From Octopus sinensis (lineage: Eukaryota), in contig NC_043000.1 of the NCBI RefSeq assembly GCF_006345805.1, forward strand, positions 22,258,001 through 22,322,000: a DNA stretch of 64,000 nucleotides. The letters are read 5' to 3'. A program made the position numbers and the translations under genes. The notes beneath the pieces are model-generated. The model worked only from the letters and a program-made list of their open reading frames with translations, ran no database searches and was not told the DNA's origin. This document shows, one piece after another, positions 24,405 to 36,178 of this stretch (positions are counted from its first letter, which is position 1; each line of letters begins with the position of its first letter).

Positions 24405-26064
24405 ATGTAAATAATTTGTTTGTTTTTAACAGTGGAACTCAAAATAGAGAAAGCTAAAAATAATAATGTATAAATGGTGGATTAAAAAAAACCCCCTTTA
24501 GATTGAAAAAGTTGAGGGCTGCATAGATATTTCAAAAATAATATCTGTTTTTGTCCTATTTTCCTATTTTAGCTCTTCTACACTAGATACAAAGCATCCT
24601 TCAATACTGCACTCCTATTCTGAGAAGAGGTCTTGTCTTGAAAACGCTGGTGCCACACAAAAACCACTCAGTGCACTCTGTAAAGTGGTTAGAATTAGGA
24701 AGGGCATCCATCTATAAAAACTTTGTCAAAACAGACGCTGGAGACTAACACAGCCCTTAAGCTTCTCAGATCATGTCAAACTGTCCAACCCATTTTAGTA
24801 CTGAACACAGATATTAAAGAGTGATGATGATAGCTTACATCTGATAAAAAAGTCCACTTCATTATTGTGTGGTTTCAGGTTCTATCTTGCTGTGTGGAAT
24901 GGGTCCTTAATTGTAAATTGTGTATATTTTAGAATGGTATGCCCTTTAAGAAAGTATAAAAATGAAGAACTTCAAATTCAAAGGTAGACAAATAATTGAA
25001 CACTAATACTGAGGTTAGAATTTAAATAAGCCAAGTTTTATTATTAGTCCAAGTTACATTCCAGAACATTCTAGATGAGAAAATACACATTAAAAATATT
25101 GTTGAAAATAAATGTAAATTGAGATGTTGATGTTGTAAAGAAATGGTGGGTTGATGAGAAAATGAATAGATATAAGGATTGGCAGCATAACTCTTCCAAC
25201 ATCTTTCTATGTTCCAGAGGGATGAAGATTTGGGGGAGGCATAATTAGACAAAAATGGTTACCACAGAATCTTGAGGAGGAAACACTGTAAAGTATGGGA
25301 GCTGAGGAAGATGCAGGTGCATCATATTAATGAAAATTTTTTGTTTTTGTTTTGTTTAACCCAAGGTCGGTCCTGATCAAGCAGATCTATGATGAAAGCT
25401 ATTCATTTAGGACAGTTTTTTTATTGTATATCATGGACTATACTGTGCAATGTATCCTTTCTTTTTTAAACGGTAAATGTATTTTAAAAGACTTGGCTGT
25501 TATGTTCAACAGGATGAGTAAATGCACATCTGGATACCTGCTTATTGTCTCATGCTCGCTGAGGTAAAGATAGTAAGTGATATGCATAGAAATAAAAGCA
25601 GGTGATGTAGTCATGATGTAATAGCGTTAGAAGAAATATTATACATCACCAGCTCTGTTTATGTGTGTATGAATATTTATATTTATCGACATATACCAAC
25701 ATTATCAACATCATTGTCGTCGTCGTCGTCATCATCATTCTCATTGTTATCACCATGATTTAACATCCATGTTCCATGCTGGCATGAGTTGGACAATTTG
25801 ACAAAGATCCAATGAGTCCAAGGACTACATCAAGCTCCAGTGTCTGCTCTGGCATCGTTTCTATGGCTGGATGCCCTTCCTGATGCCAACCATTTTACAA
25901 TGTGTACTGGATGTTTTTTTCATGTCACTGGCACTATTGAGGTAACTTTGTATCTTACAAGTCTACAAGCCTAAGGGGTGGAGTGTTGCATCCTTATGTT
26001 AGATAGGAATTAAGGTATAAAAGAAAGAGGTTAGAGTTGAGCTGGGTTTTGTTGCAATGAAGGA

Positions 26065-26450
26065 GGTGTATATAAGTGTAGGTGTGGCTGTGTGGTAAGA
26101 AGTTTGTTTTTCAACCAAATGGTTCTAAGTTCAGTCCCACTGCATGACACCTTGGGAGAGTGTCTTCTACTATAAGCCCATCTATGTATTTCATAGATGG
26201 AAACTGAAAGGAGCCCTCTGTGTGTGTGTGTGTGTGGTGTGTGTGTGTGTGTCTTTGTGTCTGTGTTTGCCACCCACTCCCTGACAATCGGTGTTGGTGT
26301 GTTTACATTCCTGTATGAGGGCCTGATAGAATAAGTATCAAGTTTTTAAAAAAATAAATACTGGGGTCATTTCATACAACTGGAAGTTCTTCAAGGCAGT
26401 GCTCCAGCATGGCCACAGTCTAATGACTGAAACCAGTAAAAGATAAAATA
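26065..26450 (+). mobile_element. SINE family B, diverged
   Basis: Head, CORE-like region, (TG)n and tail are all present. Confidence 0.8.
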
Positions 26451-26774
26451 AAGAAACAATAAAAGATATCAATACACACACGCACACACACAGACACATG
26501 GACACACAGACATGGACATACATAGTCACACACACTGACACACACACACACACACACACACCACACACACATGGGCAGACATGGACCACACACACACACA
26601 CACAAGTAAATGGTTCTCTGTTGGTTCCAGTGATGAATATCCTGTTATCTGATCGACTGAATTATTTACTTTCTTAAATTACATGGAAGTGGAAGAGTAT
26701 TCCATAGACATGAACTCCTAATGTAATGCATTTGCAGAATCCGTGTGAGATAGCATGACAGGATCTGTTTAATG

Positions 26775-26806
<32 letters not shown>

Positions 26807-27242
26807 TGCTACTACACATACATCATGTGATGATGATGATGATGGCATACCACCACCATCACCACTGCCACTGTCACCACTAATGCATACCTATGTATAT
26901 AGGTATGCTCTAAATGAGCAAACCTTGTTATAGTTTAATTAGGTTAGTAATTGGAATAAATGTGATTTCTTTTTCTAGTTTGGTGTAGAGAGAAGTGTTT
27001 TATCCAAGATCAAAAATATTCTAGCTGTAGAAACATTGCCAGATAAGACCGGAGCCTGGGGCAGCCTTCTGGCTTCCCAGATCCCGGTCGAACCGTCCAA
27101 CCCATGCTAGCATGGAGAACGGACGTTAAACGATGATGATGATGATGATTAACCATTCCATCTTATACCTTGGACTGTTTTATCCAACTGATGGTTCATC
27201 TTAGTTTTTAAGCATTCAGATTACTCTGTCAAATGTAGTTCT

Positions 27243-27645
27243 CTCTTTCTCTTTCTCTTTTACTTGTTTCAGTCATTTGACTGCGGCCATGCTGGAGCAC
27301 CACCTATAGTCGAACAAATCGACCCCAGGACTTGTTCTTAGTAAGCCTAGTACTTATCCTATTGGTCTCTTTTGCTGAACCACTAAGTTACGAGGACATA
27401 AACACACCAGCATCGGTTGTCAAGTGATGTTGGGGGTGGGGAGACAAACACAGACACACAAACATATACACACACATACATATATACGACGGGCTTCTTT
27501 CAGTTTCCATCTTCCAAATCCACTCACAATGCTTTGGTCGGCTTGAGGCTATAGTAGAAGACACTTGCCCAAGGTGCCACACAGTGGGAATGAACCCGGA
27601 ACCATGTGGTTGGTAAGCAAGCTACTTACCACACAGCCACTCTTA
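27243..27645 (-). mobile_element. SINE family B inserted in a piggyBac-type MITE (about 27207-27818)
   Basis: Flanks match the 61222-61441 MITE (gcattcagattactctgtcaaatgta ... gctaaggggTTAA). Confidence 0.85.
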
Positions 27646-28034
27646 TTCACGTTGTTTTAAATTTATCATGCGTTGTCTCATAACTTCAAGATCTCAATGA
27701 TGTGATGATTTATTTTTAGAATAACTTTTGTAGGGTAGACATGAGATCTGGCTAGTGTGAATATAAAACAGATAGAGTATTTGGACCAGATATGGCTGGT
27801 CTGAATGCTAAGGGGTTAAAATGGTAGACTTTAATTTGAGATAAATTTGGCTACTCTATATAGCATTTCAAGTTGATGCTTGATGTGATATAAAGATGGG
27901 TATAGGATTTGGGAGGAAGAGGAGAATAAAATGTGGTGTATTTTGGGGTGAACCCAAAAGAGGTGGAGAGTTACTAGAAAGTTCTGAGAATCAAAAGCTG
28001 TTGTTTTAGTGATAGAAGCTCACCAGTAAAGATA

Positions 28035-28649
28035 CAGTGATCCCTCGCTACTTCGTGGTTCAACTATCGTGGATTCACGACTTCGCAAATTTTTAAAATA
28101 TATATATATGAACACCTAAAATTTTTCATTAAATCCATTAAAATATTAATAATAAATATTATTTCCTAGTCTAGGAACAACAAAACAAGAGTAAAATAGC
28201 AAAAGAGCATATACAGGGGTATTTGAACTTAAGACGGGCTGTGATTAGGACAATGGAGAGAGACGACGAGTCACAGCTTTGTATTTTGTAATCTGGCCTG
28301 TGTAACAGTAACAATTTTTTATTTTTAAAAATCTAAAGTGTTATTGCTTAACAGTTGTCCTTGTTAGTAATAGACTACTGTAATGAGATACAGGCATCCA
28401 GCAACAGGACCTCCGTAATGCCATGATGGACCGGGAAGTCTGGCGTAGCATGGTAAATTCCATTGTCTCGACCACGGTCGAACAATGATGATGGCTGTAA
28501 TGGGTGGGTGGTTAACAGTACAGGGAGGGTTTTAAAAGTCCAAATACACGTTAAATAAACACTGTAAATATGGTGTCCCTACTTCACGGAAATTCAGTTA
28601 TCGGGGCCGGTCTCGGAACCAATCTACTGCGATAAACAAGGGATCACTG
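28035..28649. mobile_element. Tigger/pogo-type MITE with TA TSD
   Basis: TA-cagtgatccctcgc ... aagggatcactg-TA. Confidence 0.85.
28386..28494 (+). mobile_element. 3' end of a second RTE-clade LINE, with 8-bp TSD
   Basis: GIQQQDLRNAMMDREVWRSMVNSIVSTTVEQ* followed by (TGA)n; TSD ctgtaatg at 28378-28385 and 28495-28502. Confidence 0.8.
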
Positions 28650-29741
28650 TACTGACTAATTAATGATATTGCACATTTAGGTGTTGTAAAGGTGATCTTA
28701 GTAATCAGGATGATGACTTTTTTTAACAGCAACGTTTAGTTTTGTGAAGCGATAGTAAGTCAAATTTAACAGAATTCTTGAGATTCCAAACTGATATTTC
28801 GTTATTGATCCAAAGTTAAAATCTCTTGAAATTAAAAAAGAAGTTATTTAAAAATTTGTTTAAATAAATTAATTATTTAAAAGGAAATAGAAGCAGGTAG
28901 AAAACGAAACAAATTAAACACATGTAGAACAATTGTGAAGCGGCTTCTTTTTAAGATTTTGAATAATTAAAAAGGCAAAGCTAAACAGTCTTGTAAGGAA
29001 TATATTGCATAATAATTAGCTTAAATGAAAGAAAACATCAGAAAGAAGAAACACAGTGCAATTCAGAATCTAACAAGAAAGTAAATAGAGAAAATGGAAG
29101 AGAATCAGAGAAGATAAAGTTGATATGAAACATGGAAGATAGCAAAGCAGTTGAAGAATGGCAGAGAGAAGGGAAGAGAGGAAACAAGGATAAGAAAAAA
29201 GACATGGTAATGTTGAAGAGGAAAGGTATGAAGGAGGGAGGGAGGGAGGGACAGAGATTAAAGAGAAGGTGAATAGAAGAAGAAGAAGTGGGTGGGAGGA
29301 GTAAAGGAAGAGAAGATTGTAAAAAGCAGTCAAGAGAAGAAAGGGGGAGAAAGAAAGAGTGAAGAATGAAAGGAGAGGAAAGAGGAAGAAGAGAATGTGA
29401 AAGGGTGGCAGGCAGAAAGTGCGAAGATTAAGTAAGAGAGGTGCGGAGGGGGGGGGAATGTTAGGAAAGCAAAGAGTGAGCTTATGAGCCAGGATGGAGT
29501 CTGTCTGTACTGACAACGATGGCAACTGATGACAATCACAACTATGACAACAATGATGATGATGATGAAAAGAAAGTTGATGATTATGATAAGAAAAGTG
29601 ATGGGTTTGCCCTTGAAAGTAATTAGATATTTATTTGTCAGTTGCAATTAAAAGAGTAAACAAGTAGAAAAGAGGAAAAACAAATAGAAACAAAATAAAA
29701 TAGAAAATATTTATTCAAACAATGTTGAAATAAATTTTATT

Positions 29742-29774
<33 letters not shown>

Positions 29775-29777
<3 letters not shown>

Positions 29778-29942
29778 GTAAGTAGCTTGCTTATGAGCCA
29801 CATGGTTCCGGGTTCAGTCCCATTGCCTGGCACCTTGGGCAATTGGGCAAGTGTTTTCTACTATAACCTCGGGCCGACCAAAGCCTTGTGAGTGGATTTG
29901 GTAGACGGAAACGGAAAGACGCCCGTCGTATATATGTATATA

Positions 29943-30028
<86 letters not shown>

Positions 30029-30225
30029 TTGTGTACCTGTGTTGTCTCCCCAACATTGCTTGACAACCGATGCTGGTGTGTTTATGTTCCTGTAAATTAG
30101 TGGTTCGGCAAAAGAGATTGATAGAATAAGTACTAGGCTTACAAAGAATAAGTCCTGGGGTTAATTTACTTGACTAAAGTGGTGCTCCAGCATGGCCACA
30201 TTCACATGACTGAAACAAGTAAAGA
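29775..30225 (+). mobile_element. SINE family B with expanded internal (TA)n(TG)n
   Basis: Family B motifs. Confidence 0.9.
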
Positions 30226-30235
30226 AGTGTAAGAG

Positions 30236-30265
<30 letters not shown>

Positions 30266-30271
<6 letters not shown>

Positions 30272-30960
30272 TTAATAAGGGTGAGAGAATTAGATACTAA
30301 TTTAATAGTATATCTATTCAACACCAAGTGGCCTAGTGCTCCGAGAAACCTGGATTATTATAATATTTATTTTATCATATATTATAATATTTTTACAAAA
30401 TAAATATAAGAGAGTGGTCACTATATGGCTCACTCTAGCACCAGTTAATCAAAAGGTTTCAACCACAAAAATACATGTTTCCCATGAAAGTCAGTACGAT
30501 TGTTAGCTCACACGGACAGGGCAAATAAAAAATAACAAAAATACAGATTATTTGGGGACAATTGTTTCGCTATTAATGAATTAAATGTAATTTTACTTAC
30601 AAAAAAATCCACTTGTAGCTCCTCAGCCAAAACTATCTGGATGAAATCCACTCAATCACACGCCAGATTTTACCATAACGATAAATACGCGTGTGGTTCA
30701 ATGATTACATCCGACGTTATAATTCAAATGCCCCAACTAACACCGCGCGCCAAACCTTCACGGAAAACAAATACAGCATTTAGAAATAAATGCAGCATAA
30801 TTAATTAATTAATAAGGGTGAGAGAATTAGATACTAATTAATAGTATATTATTCACACCAGTGGCCTTGTGCTCGAGAAACCTGGTATTTTTGTGGTTGA
30901 AACCTTTTGGATTAACTGGTGCTAGAGTGAGCCATATAGTGACCACTCTCTTATATTTAT
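30266..30960 (-). mobile_element. Non-coding Penelope-like (PLE-derived) element with direct and inverted terminal repeats, embedded in (TA)n
   Basis: A1 30266-30353 matches A2 30804-30885 (direct); B1 30400-30474 matches the reverse complement of B2 30885-30960 (75 bp, 1 indel); contains a hammerhead core. Confidence 0.7.
30551..30632 (-). ncRNA. Type I hammerhead ribozyme motif with intact catalytic core
   Basis: Minus strand: UUUUGG-CUGAGGA-GCUA-(43-nt loop)-UAGC-GAAA-CAAUUG-UC^CCCAAA. All core positions are present, the cleavage triplet is GUC, stem III is palindromic (ACAAUUGU) and stem I has 1 mismatch. Confidence 0.72.
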
Positions 30961-30965
30961 ATTAT

Positions 30966-31002
<37 letters not shown>

Positions 31003-31039
31003 GGTATGCAGTATGTATGTATGTATGTATGTAATCATC

Positions 31040-31072
<33 letters not shown>

Positions 31073-31074
31073 TA

Positions 31075-34000
31075 TCACCATCATCATCATCATCATCGTT
31101 TAGCGTCCGTTTTCCATGCTAGCATGGGTTGGACGGTTCTACTGGGGTCTGTGAAGCCAGAAGGCTTCATCAGGCCCAGTCAAATCTGGCAGTGTTTCTA
31201 CGGCTGGATGCCCTTCCTAACGCCAACCACTCCGAGAGTGTAGTGGGTGCTTTTTACGTGCCACCCGCACAGGTGCCAGACAGAGCTGGCAAACGGCCAC
31301 GAACGGATGGTGCTTTTTATGTGCCACCGGCACGAGGGCCAGGCGAGACTGGCAACGGACACGAAACGGGGCGGTGCTGGCAACGGTCACGAAACGGAAG
31401 GTTCTCTTACATGCCACCGGCACTGGTAACACATCTGCAATTTCCATTGATCGATTTCCATTGATCGATTTCGATTCTGATCCTGATCCTCACTTGCCTC
31501 AACGGGTCTTCACAAGTAGAGTTTCGACATGCCATCGGCACTGGTAACACATCTGCAATTTCCATTGATCGATTTCGATTCTGATCCTCACTTGCCTCAA
31601 CAGGTCTTCACAAGTAGAGTTTTGTGTCCCAAGAAGGGAAGGTATGCATACGTAGGCTGGCTCCATCCCATGTAGAAGGCCACGGGTTATGGACTCACTT
31701 GTCCTGCCGGGTCTTCTCGTGCACAGCACACTTCCAGAGGACTCGGTCTCTAGTCATTTCCTCAGTGAGACCTAAAGAGCAAAGGTCGTGCTTCACCACC
31801 TCGTCCCAGGTTTTCCTGGGTCTGCCTCTTCCACAGGTTCCCTCAACTGCTAGGGTGTGGCACTTTTTCACACAACTATCTTCATCCATTCTCGCCACAT
31901 GACCATACCAGCGCAAACGTCTCTCTTGCACACCACAACTGATGCTTCTTAGGTCCAGCTTTTCTCTCAAGGTACTTACACTCTGCCGAGTGTGAGTACT
32001 GACATTACACATCCATCGGAGCATACTGGCTTCATTTCTTGCGAGCTTACGCATTCCTCAGCAGTCACGGCCCATGTTTCACTGCCATGTAGCATGGCTG
32101 TTCGTACACACGCATCATACAGTCTGCCTTTCACTCTGTGCGAGAGGCCTTTTGTCACCAGCAGAGGTAAGAGCTCTCTGAACTTTGCCCAAGCTATCTT
32201 ACTCTAGCAGTTACACTTTCAGCACACCCGCCCCCGCTGCTGACTTGGTCACCTAGGTAACGGAAACTATCAACTATTTCTAGTTTTTCTCCCTGGAAAG
32301 TGACGGAGGTTGGTCTCAGAGCATTTTCAGTGTTTATTGTTCCTGAGCATCTGCCACATACAAAAACCATCTTCCTAGTTAGCCTTCCTTTGACATTGCT
32401 GCACCTCTTATGTGTCCATAGCTTACACTTGGTGCATCTTATAGAGTTTCTACCTACACCTTTTCTACAGATCAAGCAGGGCCATCTACCTGAAGGTGTT
32501 TGTGATTTGTCTACCTTCCTACTGATTACGACTTTGGTTTTAGCTAGATTGACTTTGAGGCCCTTCGATTCTAATCCTTGTTTCCACACCTGAAACTTCT
32601 CCTCCAGTTCTGATAGCGACTCAGCAATTAGAGCAAGGTCATCAGCATAGAGGAGCTCCCAAGGGCATCCTGTCTTGAATTCCTCCGTTATTGCCTGGAG
32701 GACTATGATAAATAGGAGGGGGCTGAGTACTGAGCCTTGGTGGACCCTACCTCTACCTGGAATTCTTCACTGTACTCGTTTTCAACCCTCACCCTACTAG
32801 CAGCGTCCCTATACATGGCCTGCACAGCTCTCACTAACCATTCATCTATCCCTAGTTTCCTCATTGCCCACCAGATAAGGGATCGGGGGACCCTGTCGAA
32901 GGCTTTCTCCATGTCAACAAAAGCCAGGTACGGGGCTTATCTTTGGCTAGGTATTTCTCCTGCAGCTGCCTTACCAGGAATATAGCATCAGTAGTACTTT
33001 TCCCTGGCACAAACCCAAACTGCTCTCATCTAAACTAACTCTCTCTCTAATTAGTTGGGCTATGACCCTCTCCATAACCTTCATCACCTGATCCAACAGC
33101 TTGATACCTCTGTAGTTATTTGTATCTAGGGCGTCACCTTTACCTTTGTAGCAGTTGACTATTATGCTGCTACACCAGTCATTGGGTATGACTCCTTTGT
33201 GTATCACCTGATTAACTATACGGGTGACTAGGCTATAGCCGACACTACCAGACATTTTGAGCATCTCTGCAGTGATTCCTGATGGGCCTGGGGCTTTCCC
33301 TGTCTTCATGCTTCTAATTGCCTTAGCTACCACGGAACTATCAACTCAGATAGCTGGTCCCTCTGTTGGGTCAACATTCAGCAGACTCTCTTTATCCCAT
33401 TCATTTTCTTTATTCAGCAACCTTTCATAGTGGCATCTCCAAACCTCTCTCTTTGCATCCTCATTTAGCGCAAGTGAACCATCTTCCATGCGAACACACT
33501 TCTCTCCTACCACATCACGATTCTCTCTCACACACTGTCTTGCAACGCGAAACACCTCCAGTCTTTGGTCCTCACGGCGCAGAACATTGGCAAATTTTTT
33601 CTTATCTGCTTCCCCTCTGGCTAAATAAACCTGTCTCCTAGCTTCTCTTTTGGCAGTCTGATACAATTCCCTGCTACCCCCATTTTTCCAGACCTTCCAA
33701 GCCTGTCTCTTTTCTCTAATAGCCCTGTCTACAATATTGTTCCACCACCACGTTATTCTAGGTCGAGAGGGGACTTTGCACTAGCCACAGATCTGGTCAG
33801 TGGCTCTCAGCAGGTTGTCCCTTAGAAACGTCCAGCTATCTTCTACCCCTGTGATGCTCTATCCCCTTCTACTTCGTCAAGGCTTCAAGTAATATGTCCC
33901 TAAATCTCTGTCCATTTGCAGGATCTTTAAGCTTCCAGATCCTTCTTCTCCATATTGGTCGTCTTCTGGTTGTCCTCCTAGTCCTGATCCTAAAGTCACT

Positions 34001-34684
34001 AACTACCAGTCTATGTTGTGGGGTACATTCTTCACCTGGGAAGGTTTTGGCATTTATAAGCAGCCATCTCTCCCTTTGCCTTGCAAGGATGTAGTCAATT
34101 TGGCTGGTATGTTGGCCCGATCGGTAAGTGACTAGGTGGCTGGTAGGTTCCCTGAAGTCAGTGTTGCAAATCATAAGATTATTTGCATCGCAGAACTCCA
34201 GCAGCCTGGTTCCCTCCTCGTTGCGGGAGCCATAGCCATAGCCTCCATGTACGCCATGGAAGCCCCCAGCATGTCGTCCAACGTGACCATTGAAGTCACC
34301 AGCCACAAAGATAAGGTCTCTGTCGTTCGTCAATGAGGTAGTCTGCAGTAGAGTGTCATAGAATCGGTCTTTCTGTCCATCGGGTAGCCCCGACTGAGGA
34401 GCATAGGCTGATATAATGGTTGCTAAACTATGATGAAGCACTAATCTAATCTTAAGTATTCTGTCACATACTCTGATTACCTCAATTACTTTATCTACCC
34501 ATTTCTCAGCGATAAGTATACCCACTCCACCAACCCCGTCAGTGTTCCCTGCCCAGAAAATCTTGTACCTGCGTTCCTTGCCTGTGAGGAACCTAGCTGA
34601 TCCTCCTCTCCACCTTATTTCTTGCATGCAACATATATCCACACATCTCCGTTCAAGCATCTCAACTATCTCACCAGACCTACC

Positions 34685-34690
<6 letters not shown>
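31075..34690 (-). mobile_element. RTE-clade LINE, nearly complete ORF (APE endonuclease + RT), 5'-truncated, with about 600-bp 3' UTR and (GAT)n tail
   Basis: EN motifs CCMQEIRW, SAYAPQ, VAGDFNGHVG, SQIDYIL; RT motifs KAPGPSGI, NYRGIKLL, DMEKAFDRV, QGSVLSPLLF, LLYADD, FRYLG; C-terminus RGRPRKTWDEVV..DRVLWKCAV. Has one in-frame TGA stop (33346-33348, probably from CGA) and several 1-nt deletions. (TA)n on both flanks. Confidence 0.97.
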
Positions 34691-34719
<29 letters not shown>

Positions 34720-34720
<1 letters not shown>

Positions 34721-35095
34721 TCTTTTACTTGTTTCAGTCATTAGACTGTGGCCATGCTGGGGCACCACTTTGACAAAGGATTTCAGTCAAACGAATCAAA
34801 CCCTAGTATTTTTTTAAAAGTCTTTTATTTATTCTCTCTGTCTCTTTTGCAGAACTACTTAATTACAGGGACATAAACACACCATTTCCGGCTGACAAGT
34901 GGTAATAGGGGACAAACACAAAATCAAAGACATACACACAGGCTTCTTTTGGTTTCCATCTGCCAAATCCACTCACAAGGGTTTTGTTGGCCCAAGGCTA
35001 TAGTAGAAGACACTTGCCCAAGGTTCCACAGAGTGGGACTGAACCTAGAGCCATGTGGTTAGACAACAAACTGCTTACCACACAGTCACACTTGT
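34720..35095 (-). mobile_element. SINE family B, diverged
   Basis: Family B motifs. Confidence 0.85.
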
Positions 35096-35099
35096 GCAT

Positions 35100-35650
35100 A
35101 GTGGACCTTGAAGTAATCCAGCGAAGTTTCACAAAGAAGATCATCTCATTGCAAGAGCTCAGCTACTGGTAAAGGTTGAAACAGTTAAGACTCTACTCCC
35201 TGGAGCAAAAGTGGGAGAGATATGCAGTAATATACATCTGGAAGATCCTAGAAGGGATTGTGCCGAATTTTGGCATTGAAAGCTACACAAATGCCAGAAT
35301 GGATTGCAGCTGCACAGTGCCAAAGATCCCAACAATGACGTCACACTTCAGGACCAGTTACTAAAACAGCCTTGGTTTCAAGGGCCCACAGCTTTTTAAT
35401 ATTCTCCCAAAGAGCCTGAGGGACCTACATAAAGTGGATGTAGGTGTTTTCAAAGCAAAACTGGATTTCTTCCTGTCGAGAGTCCCAGATGAACCTACTT
35501 TGTGGCAACAGGTGCAAATGAGGGCTGCAACATCAAACTCCCTTATTGACCAAATGCCACATATCAGAGGAGGCTCTCAATAATAATAGTGTAGCAAAAC
35601 AGTGGTGTCCCAGCATGACCACAGCTTTGAGCTGAACCAATTAAGAATAT
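35100..35650 (+). mobile_element. CR1-clade LINE 3' end (RT C-terminal region and 3' UTR)
   Basis: LEVIQRSFTKKI..LSYW*RLKQLRLYSLEQ..ERYAVIYIWKILEGIVPN; GPQLFNILPKSLR; FKAKLDFFLSRVPDEP. Confidence 0.9.
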
Positions 35651-36145
35651 ATATATGTATATATATATTTAATATATATATTACATTTATATATATATTT
35701 ACAAATAAACAGTTTTATTGGTTCCAACTATTTGGCTATAGCCTTACTGGGGTACTGCCATGTGAAAATATTAATGCTTCTTTGTCAGGAATTCAACTAT
35801 AACGAGCCAAGAGAAAATTGGGAATTCTAACCATGAGACCACATCAGAAGAATGTAACATAACAAAAATATAGAGTATTTATAAATATCTTTATTTTATT
35901 ATTTATTTGAAGCTTTAAGCTATCTAAAGAGAAATATTATTTTATCTTTCCATTGTTTTTTCTTTTAGTTATTGGACTATGGCCATGCTGGGGCACCACC
36001 TTGAAAGATTTTGTTGATTTCATGTCTAGTACTTATTCTGTCTGTTTTTTTGCTGAACTGCTAAGTTATCAGGGTTTAAACAAACCTACACAGGTTGTTA
36101 AGTCATAAGTGACAATCATAAACACTTCACCCCATCCATACTATC

Positions 36146-36178
<33 letters not shown>

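Noticed and set aside
29050-29650. 151-aa and 105-aa hydrophobic minus-strand ORFs
   Set aside because: Antisense of a purine-rich low-complexity tract.
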